From the NCBI GenBank assembly GCA_016870615.1, contig VGAZ01000003.1, positions 1 to 59,869 on the forward strand: a stretch of 59,869 nucleotides of DNA. Reading direction: 5' to 3'. The stretch is from Actinomycetota bacterium (GTDB lineage: Bacteria; Actinomycetota; Humimicrobiia; Humimicrobiales; Humimicrobiaceae). Positions 50,519-57,800 of the stretch are shown here, in pieces (within the stretch, counting starts at the first letter, position 1; each line of letters opens with the position of its first letter). The position numbers and the translations under genes are program-made. The notes below the pieces were generated by a model that had not been told where the DNA came from, ran no database searches, and was given only the letters and a program-made list of their open reading frames with translations.

Positions 50519-53371
50519 TTATATATCAGTACTTTCTGCGGCTTCAATTTCAATTCTAACCACAGACCCATAAGCAGCATAGGAAAGCGCCGCAGGGTTC
50601 TGTGACCTTACATCACCCGTTGCTGAAGCATCGGGCAATATATTAGCAATGAACCCCAGGCTTTCAAGAAGGCTTACGGCATCAGTTCTTTTCATTCCTG
50701 TTACGTTTGGCACCTGCACGCCAAGGCTTATCTTTATAATTACCTCAAGCTCTTTTACATAGGTTGTGCCTGAATCGGGCACCTGTGCAAAAACTTTATC
50801 AATCTCTTTATTGCTTTCTTCCTTAATAACAGAAACATTAAAATAACCGGCCTGGCCCAGTTTGTTTAAAGCTTCTTCTTCACTTAACCCAATTACATTT
50901 GGGATACTTCCTTCAGGATTTACACCTTTGCTTACATACAGGGTAACCTGGCTGAATTTATTAATACTTGAACCGGAAGAGGGGTTTTGGGCAAATATCC
51001 TTCCCTGGGGCTGGTCATCGCTGAATTCTTCTGCAATACTAATAAGAGTATTTTCAATACCCATTGATTCAAGTATTTTTAAAGCTTTGTCAGGGCTGAA
51101 CCCGGTTAAATCAGGCAAATCAAAACTTTCAAGCCCCCGGCTTATGTAAAAATTAATGATTAAGTTTATCCCATCCTGGAATTCAAATATTGTTCCTGCG
51201 GCAGGATCTGTCTTAAATACTATATTCTCATTGTATGTTTCATTAAATTCAAATATTTCATTTACTTCAAAATAAAGATCATAAAATACCTGCCTTGCTT
51301 CATCTAAGCTCATCCCTGCAACATCTGGTATCGCTATTTTATTGTGTATATCGCAATACTTTACAGGCTCTTTACCCTTAACAAATATCATAAAACCCAG
51401 CCTGTCTGCAGGGCACCAGGGCGTGGGCAAAAGCCCGCTGTCAAGGCAGACCTGGACATCCACAAGCTCTCCACCCGGAGAAATAAACTGTGAAACCGGC
51501 CTGTCCTTTAAAGCTGCAGCCATAAATTCGCGCCATATATCAGCCGGGTAAGAGCCGCCCGTTAAACTTCTTCCTTCTATAGGTTCCATTGGTTTGTTTG
51601 ATTCCATATGGCCCATCCAGACAACAGTTGCAAGCTCAGGAGTATATCCTGCAAACCATGCATCCCTGAAGTCGCTTGTTGTTCCTGTTTTGCCTGCTGC
51701 CGGCCTCCCTATATTTGCGCCCTTGCCGGTTCCTTCAAGTATTGCTCTTTCAAGTATTCTTGTAGTGTAATAAGCAGCAGGAGCATCCATTATCTGTTTG
51801 TTATTCTCATTCTTATCAGGGTCATATTCATAAAGAATATTCCCGCTTGAATCTGTAATTTTCAGTATTGCAACAGGTTCCCTGTAATAACCGTTTGCAG
51901 AAAGGGTAGAAAATATTTTTGAGACATCAAGAGGGCTAACACCTTCCTCAAGACCTCCAAGAGCAATTGCAGGATTATTTCCAACTTCATCAATACCCAT
52001 ATCATTGCACAGCTTCTCAACATTTTCTGCGCCAACCTTCATCATAAGCTGGGCATAAACAACATTTACGGAACTAATTGTCGCATCTATTACTGTCATT
52101 TCATTTGTTTCATAATTCCTGTTGCCATAGTTTTGTACAATCCAGTCAGGCCCTGAGGGCATGTCAATAGTTAACGGGCCATTGGGATTATATTTATCAT
52201 TAGGTGAAAAATTCATATTTATTGACTGCATAAGAACAGGGACTTTAAAAACTGAGCCCGGCTGTCTTTTTCCCTGTGTAGCGATATTAAATTTGCTCGT
52301 GCTGTAATCCTTGCCGCCCACAAGAGCATAAATATAACCGTTGGAAGGATCAGTTGAAATAATTGCATAAGAGGGTTCAGGATCAGAAGGAAAAACTGTT
52401 CTTATGGAATTTTCCGCCTTTTTTTGAAGGTCCAGGTCAAGAGTGGTGTAAATCCTCAGGCCGCCTTTAAATACATCATAATCAGTAAACTTTTTTTCAT
52501 ATAATTGCTGTTTTACATAATCAACAAAATAGGGAGATTTTATATCAGGCAAGCCTTCTTTGCCGGCAATTTCTTTTTCGTTTAAAACAATCGGCAAAGA
52601 TATGGCTTCAAGGTACTGCTGCCTGCTTATTCTTTCCTGTTCATGCATAAGCTTAAGCACAAGATTCCTCCTGGCAAGCACTTTTTCAAGGTTGCTGTAT
52701 GGATTATAATACGAAGGCCCCTTAATAATGGCTGCCAGCATGGCTGCCTGCTCAAGACTGAGGTTTTTTGCGTTTATGCCGAAATATGTCTGTGCGGCCT
52801 TTTCAACACCGTACGAGCCTGCGCCAAAATATATGGTGTTTAAATACATTTCAAGTATTTTATCTTTTGTGTAATTTCGCTCAAGCTGTATGGCTATTAC
52901 TGCCTCATTTACTTTTCGCCTGAATGTTTTTTCAGGAGTAAAATAAACATTCTTTATATACTGCATTGTAATGGTGCTTGCGCCCTGCTCTATTGCGCCT
53001 GCACGTACATCTGCTATAAAAGCGCCAACAATTCTTTTATAATCTACGCCCTGGTGGTCATAAAACCTTTTATCTTCCACCGCAAGAACAGCATCTTTTA
53101 TATAATCCGACATTTTGTCAAAATGAATAATCTCCCTGTTCTCCCCTGCATGGAACTCAGCAATCAGGGTTCCGTCAAGAGCATATGCTTTTGAGGTCTC
53201 TGCAATATCTGAAGGGGTGAGCTCTTCTATGGAAGGCACAGAGCGCAGTATTATAAATCCCCCGATTATGCCGATAAAAACAATAATCAGTATAAATACG
53301 GCTATAATTGTAAGCAGGGATAAAAAACACCCTTTTGCCTTGCTTCTTTTCTTGATATTTTTTTGTTGCAT
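50519..53371 (-). CDS. Class A penicillin-binding protein (PBP1A) with C-terminal PASTA repeats
   Basis: EDKRF, GASTITMQ, RKVNE, SVFK, SVN and KTGT motifs; repeated PxVxG PASTA units. Confidence 0.95.
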   Translation of the reverse strand: MQQKNIKKRSKAKGCFLSLLTIIAVFILIIVFIGIIGGFIILRSVPSIEELTPSDIAETSKAYALDGTLIAEFHAGENREIIHFDKMSDYIKDAVLAVEDKRFYDHQGVDYKRIVGAFIADVRAGAIEQGASTITMQYIKNVYFTPEKTFRRKVNEAVIAIQLERNYTKDKILEMYLNTIYFGAGSYGVEKAAQTYFGINAKNLSLEQAAMLAAIIKGPSYYNPYSNLEKVLARRNLVLKLMHEQERISRQQYLEAISLPIVLNEKEIAGKEGLPDIKSPYFVDYVKQQLYEKKFTDYDVFKGGLRIYTTLDLDLQKKAENSIRTVFPSDPEPSYAIISTDPSNGYIYALVGGKDYSTSKFNIATQGKRQPGSVFKVPVLMQSINMNFSPNDKYNPNGPLTIDMPSGPDWIVQNYGNRNYETNEMTVIDATISSVNVVYAQLMMKVGAENVEKLCNDMGIDEVGNNPAIALGGLEEGVSPLDVSKIFSTLSANGYYREPVAILKITDSSGNILYEYDPDKNENNKQIMDAPAAYYTTRILERAILEGTGKGANIGRPAAGKTGTTSDFRDAWFAGYTPELATVVWMGHMESNKPMEPIEGRSLTGGSYPADIWREFMAAALKDRPVSQFISPGGELVDVQVCLDSGLLPTPWCPADRLGFMIFVKGKEPVKYCDIHNKIAIPDVAGMSLDEARQVFYDLYFEVNEIFEFNETYNENIVFKTDPAAGTIFEFQDGINLIINFYISRGLESFDLPDLTGFSPDKALKILESMGIENTLISIAEEFSDDQPQGRIFAQNPSSGSSINKFSQVTLYVSKGVNPEGSIPNVIGLSEEEALNKLGQAGYFNVSVIKEESNKEIDKVFAQVPDSGTTYVKELEVIIKISLGVQVPNVTGMKRTDAVSLLESLGFIANILPDASATGDVRSQNPAALSYAAYGSVVRIEIEAAESTDI

Positions 53372-53763
53372 ATCTTAATTTCTTTCCTGGTTAAATATTG
53401 GGTAATTATATTAATCCATTCTGTATTTGTTAGATTAAGCGCATTGTGCAAAACATTTTACTCCACGGTAAATGATAATAAATAAAGTATATTTGCCTTT
53501 TTTGCTTAAAAATCCAAAAACAAATAAAACCATTATTTACAATAAATATTCGAATAATATGATAATTTATTTAATGCAATAATAAAAGTACTGTATCAAA
53601 CCAGGCAGTAAGGCAATTTTTACATAAAACCAAATAGACAATATAATGTGTGCTGTGCTAATATTTAATTCAATTTCCAGGGGGCCTGATTTGATTAAAT
53701 TTTTAAATTCCCCTGCATTAACGGCTTTTTTAAAAATTAACAATAAAGATAAAAGTAAATATT

Positions 53764-54993
53764 ATGGAAAAAGAAATAATAAAACAGCTTGAAACTGCCT
53801 GCAGCGGAACAGAGGATGTTCTTGTAAAAGAGGAGCTTGAAGAGCTTATTAGAAGTTCAATTAAAAATGGCAGGCCACTGAAAGTAAAGCTCGGGCTTGA
53901 CCCCACAGCACCTGACATCCATCTTGGGCACACTGTCGTGCTTAATAAATTAAGGCAGTTCCAGGATATGGGGCACCAGGCAATCCTTATTATTGGCGAT
54001 TACACTGCTCGCATAGGGGATCCTTCAGGGCGCTCAGCCTTAAGGCCAAGGCTTGAGCCGGAAAAGATTGATGAAAATGCAAAAACATATATGAAGCAGG
54101 CATTTAAAATACTGGACGGCAAAAAAACAGAGGTTGTTAAAACTCAAAATGGGTTAAAGCCCTTAAAACTTGAAGACATACTGAGTTTGACTTCAAGGTT
54201 TACTGTGGCAAGAATGCTTGAACGGGATGACTTTAAAAAAAGGTTTGCCGGAAATATTCCTATTGCAATAATGGAGTTTCTGTATCCAATAATGCAGGCA
54301 TATGATTCAGTGGCAATAGAATCAGACATAGAGCTTGGGGGCACTGACCAGAGATTTAATCTTCTTGTCGGCAGGGAGCTGCAGAAAGAATTCGGCCAGA
54401 GACCACAGATTGCAATAACAATGCCGATACTTGCCGGAACTGATGGTGTTGATAAAATGAGTAAAAGCCTGGGAAATTATATTGGAGTTACTGAAAAACC
54501 GGAAGAAATATTCGGTAAAGTCATGTCAATACCAGATTCTATAATAATGGACTATTACAGGCTGCTGACAACGCTTTCACCCCAAGAGATAACTGAAATA
54601 GAAATTGGCATAAAAGAAAAAGGAGATAATCCGGTTTTTGCCAAGAGAAAGCTTGCAGGGCTGCTTGTCAAGAATTTATATGATGATAAGCAGGCAGAAT
54701 TTGCCCGCAGTCATTTTGATTCTGTATTCAAGGAAAAAAAAGTTCCTGATGATGTAGAAGAATACAACATAAAAGACATTGCCTGCAATTCTGGCAAAGT
54801 TTCAATAATTGATCTTCTTGCAGGAAGCGGGCTTGCTGCTTCCAATTCTGATGCAAAAAGGCTTATTGAGCAGGGCTCGGTAAAAATAGGCAATGAAAAA
54901 ATAGTGGATATTCATACTGTGTTTGAGGCTAAAAACCTGGACGGGCAGGTAATACAGAAAGGAAAAAGGTTTTTCAGGCGCATTATATTTTGA
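53764..54993 (+). CDS. tyrS: Tyrosine--tRNA ligase
   Basis: DPTAPDIHLGH, GGTDQ and KMSKS motifs; S4 domain. Confidence 0.97.
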   Translation: MEKEIIKQLETACSGTEDVLVKEELEELIRSSIKNGRPLKVKLGLDPTAPDIHLGHTVVLNKLRQFQDMGHQAILIIGDYTARIGDPSGRSALRPRLEPEKIDENAKTYMKQAFKILDGKKTEVVKTQNGLKPLKLEDILSLTSRFTVARMLERDDFKKRFAGNIPIAIMEFLYPIMQAYDSVAIESDIELGGTDQRFNLLVGRELQKEFGQRPQIAITMPILAGTDGVDKMSKSLGNYIGVTEKPEEIFGKVMSIPDSIIMDYYRLLTTLSPQEITEIEIGIKEKGDNPVFAKRKLAGLLVKNLYDDKQAEFARSHFDSVFKEKKVPDDVEEYNIKDIACNSGKVSIIDLLAGSGLAASNSDAKRLIEQGSVKIGNEKIVDIHTVFEAKNLDGQVIQKGKRFFRRIIF

Positions 54994-55020
54994 TATAAAT
55001 TTAACTGAATTAATTATTTC

Positions 55021-56109
55021 ATGGCTTTAAATAAATTAAACAGTTTCCTGAAAGAAATAAAAAAAGACAATAATGGCACTCTACCCCGGGACCTGCATAT
55101 AACCAGGAAAGCAGGGGCCCTTGTTGCAATTTCTGGCGGAAAAGTTATTAAAATACAAAAACCTGATATATTCCATTGCCCCCTGTTTACGTCCCTTTTT
55201 TCTTACAAGGATTTAAACCAGGAAACTATTGGGAAAAAATTTGAAAAGCAGATAAGTATGTGGGGGATGTTTACAGGCAAAAGGCATCTTTGTGATGATA
55301 AAATAATAGTCCCGTTTGGCGCCAGTGAAATGATGATGTATGCGCTTAAAAGGTCCAATATTGACTCAGCTGTTGTAGCCTGTGAAGGCGCCGGAACAGT
55401 AATTTCTTCAAATCCTTCCCTCATACAGGGTATAGGCGCATATATGAACGGGCTTTTTTACACTACGCCAATTCCCGGCGTAATTAAAAACATCAATAAT
55501 AATGGCGGGACCGTACTTTCTGGTGATGCCCTTATGGATCCTTATAAGGGTGTGGTTAAAGCTATTGAGATGGGCCATAAAAAAATTGCTGTCACTGTAA
55601 GGGGGGACCAGGAGCAGGCTATAAAGAAAATACGCGCTCTTGAGGAAAAAATGAATTCAAATCCTGATAAAACCGGGGCTGAAAATGCAGGTAATTGTAA
55701 AGATGCAAAAACAGGTCAGAAAGGAAATATAAAGATAATAATACTGGCAGTTTGCAATACAGGAATAAAAACTTCTGCAGCCTGCACAATCAGGGATTTT
55801 GTAGACCTTGCCTGGGCTTGCGCATCAAAACAGATACGGGATATTGTAGGTTCTGTGTCCATCCTCCAGGTGGGAATGAAAATACCTGTTTTTATAACAA
55901 CACTTGCAGGGCTTGATTTTATTTCGTCTTATTCATCAGACAGCATTTTAAAAGAAAAACTGGAAGACAAAAAAAAGAAACATTTTATAACATCGGGTAA
56001 ATCCGGTGATGGCGCTATAAAAATTAATATGGGCAAATTTTCTGTTTTTTTATATGAAACAGAAAAACTGCCTTTGGGAACTGAAGATGAGCCCTTTCCG
56101 TTGATATAG
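55021..56109 (+). CDS. DUF2099 / methanogenesis marker protein 8-like
   Basis: HCPLF, FGASEMM, VVACEGAGTVI, LIQGIG, VCNTGI and ACASK motifs recalled for this family. Confidence 0.75.
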   Translation: MALNKLNSFLKEIKKDNNGTLPRDLHITRKAGALVAISGGKVIKIQKPDIFHCPLFTSLFSYKDLNQETIGKKFEKQISMWGMFTGKRHLCDDKIIVPFGASEMMMYALKRSNIDSAVVACEGAGTVISSNPSLIQGIGAYMNGLFYTTPIPGVIKNINNNGGTVLSGDALMDPYKGVVKAIEMGHKKIAVTVRGDQEQAIKKIRALEEKMNSNPDKTGAENAGNCKDAKTGQKGNIKIIILAVCNTGIKTSAACTIRDFVDLAWACASKQIRDIVGSVSILQVGMKIPVFITTLAGLDFISSYSSDSILKEKLEDKKKKHFITSGKSGDGAIKINMGKFSVFLYETEKLPLGTEDEPFPLI

Positions 56110-56192
56110 CATAAAGAATAATTGCCGGGCAAACCTAACCCCGGCAGGGCCGAAAATTATTTTATAAAAAGGGCAGATTTTTAATATATTTC

Positions 56193-56221
56193 TTGTCAAT
56201 GCTTAAGACAATATATATAAT
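56193..56221 (+). promoter_or_regulatory. hdrCBA promoter with an overlapping inverted repeat
   Basis: TTGTCA-17nt-TATAAT; TTGTC-N9-GACAA at 56193-56211. Confidence 0.6.
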
Positions 56222-56229
56222 CTTTTCAA

Positions 56230-56796
56230 ATGAATACAGGATTAAAACAAAAAAAGGCTGGGGCTAAAATGGATGAATTTTATTCCAGCATACAGAGAGA
56301 CATATTAAAATATATTGACCCGGGAATAATCAATTGCTATCAATGCGGCAAATGCACCGCGGGTTGCCCTCTTTCAGATATTTTTGAGTATAAGCCGAAC
56401 CAGATAATGATGCTTGTGCAGGCAGGTAGAATAGAATCCATAATCAATTCAAATTCTATTTTTTTATGCCTTTCATGCGAGATATGCAGCAGCAGATGCC
56501 CACAGGATGTGCACATTGCAAAAATAATGCAATACATCAGGAATGAAGCCTGGAAAGTAGATAAAATAAAAGTTGCAAGCATTAAAAGATTCTATAAATT
56601 ATTCCTCAAGGAAGTAGGAATAACCGGCAGGAGTTATGAGCCAGGACTTATTGCAGGTTTAAATCTTATAAGCGGGAAGCTTTTAAATGATATGGATATT
56701 GCTGTAAAAATCCTTGGAAAAAGGAAAATAAATTTAATCCCTGAATTTGTAAAGGACAGGAAAGGCATTTCCAGAATAGTAAAGAAGTATTTATAA
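56230..56796 (+). CDS. hdrC: Heterodisulfide reductase subunit C-like protein
   Basis: CYQCGKCTAGCP and CLSCEICSSRCP ferredoxin motifs; alternative start at 56269. Confidence 0.92.
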   Translation: MNTGLKQKKAGAKMDEFYSSIQRDILKYIDPGIINCYQCGKCTAGCPLSDIFEYKPNQIMMLVQAGRIESIINSNSIFLCLSCEICSSRCPQDVHIAKIMQYIRNEAWKVDKIKVASIKRFYKLFLKEVGITGRSYEPGLIAGLNLISGKLLNDMDIAVKILGKRKINLIPEFVKDRKGISRIVKKYL

Positions 56797-56813
56797 ATAA
56801 AGAGAAATTTATA

Positions 56814-57776
56814 ATGCAGGATACTATAAATAAAAACGGCTTAAATAAAATTGCCTACTATCCGGGATGTTCCCTTAATTCAACGGCAATTGATTTTAAT
56901 ATTTCCTTAAAAAAACTCCTGGATATTTTAGATATTGGCTATATTGAAATAGATGACTGGAACTGCTGCGGCACCACACCTGCGCAGAATGTAAGCAGTG
57001 AGCTGGTATATACGCTTTCGGCAAGAAATTTGATTTTGGCAAAAAAAATGGGCATACAGGAAATATTATGCCCCTGCGTATCCTGCTACAATAAGCTTTA
57101 TAAGGCTGCCTATTACATAAACACTGCGAGCAAACTGAAAAATAAAAAAGAAGAACAGATGCGCGATACTATAATCGCCAATCTTAAAGATATGGGTTTT
57201 AATGTTGAAGAAGAGTTAAATTTTAAGGTCTATTCAGTAATTGAATTTCTATACCTTAAAAAGAAAATAATAGGTGAAAAATATAATGAGATAAATGCAG
57301 GCAGGGAAAATTTGCCTGCAAACAGGGTTTTACTCGAAAAACTTAAGCCTGTCTGTTATTATGGCTGCGCGCTTTTAAGGCCGGACAGCGCTTTAAGGTT
57401 TGATGATTTTGAAAAACCGACTTCAATGGAAGAGATATTGGAAGAGGCAGGCATTGTTTGCAAAAACTTCCAGTTTAAAACTGAATGCTGCGGCGCAATT
57501 CTTTCCCTTACACATAAAAATGCAGTTTTAAAGCTGAGCAATATGATACTTGATTCGGCCCTTGAAAGCGATGCTAATTGCCTGGTAGTTTTCTGCCCGC
57601 TTTGCCAGCAGAACCTTGATTTAAGACAGGACCAGATAAACAAGTTATACAAAAAAAACTACCATCTGCCTGTCTTTTATATAACCCAGTTACTGGGGAT
57701 AGCTTTAGGCCTTACGCCCCGGAGTGTAATGCTTGACAGGCTATTTGTAAGCCCGGAATTTATAAAAAATGATTAA
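56814..57776 (+). CDS. hdrB: Heterodisulfide reductase subunit B-like protein
   Basis: Two CCG domains: YYPGC/NCCG/CVSC and YYGC/ECCG/CPLC. Confidence 0.93.
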   Translation: MQDTINKNGLNKIAYYPGCSLNSTAIDFNISLKKLLDILDIGYIEIDDWNCCGTTPAQNVSSELVYTLSARNLILAKKMGIQEILCPCVSCYNKLYKAAYYINTASKLKNKKEEQMRDTIIANLKDMGFNVEEELNFKVYSVIEFLYLKKKIIGEKYNEINAGRENLPANRVLLEKLKPVCYYGCALLRPDSALRFDDFEKPTSMEEILEEAGIVCKNFQFKTECCGAILSLTHKNAVLKLSNMILDSALESDANCLVVFCPLCQQNLDLRQDQINKLYKKNYHLPVFYITQLLGIALGLTPRSVMLDRLFVSPEFIKND

Positions 57777-57800
57777 CAGCATTTAACAAGGATTAAAAAA

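Noticed and set aside
53372-53763. T-box leader before tyrS (also looked for before thrS and pheS)
   Set aside because: No GGTGGNACC T-box motif found; only a CAGGGG/CCCCTG hairpin
56123-56150. GGGCAAACC as a c-di-GMP-I riboswitch
   Set aside because: The downstream GACGCAAAG and P2 elements are absent; it is a simple TGCCGGG/CCCGGCA hairpin
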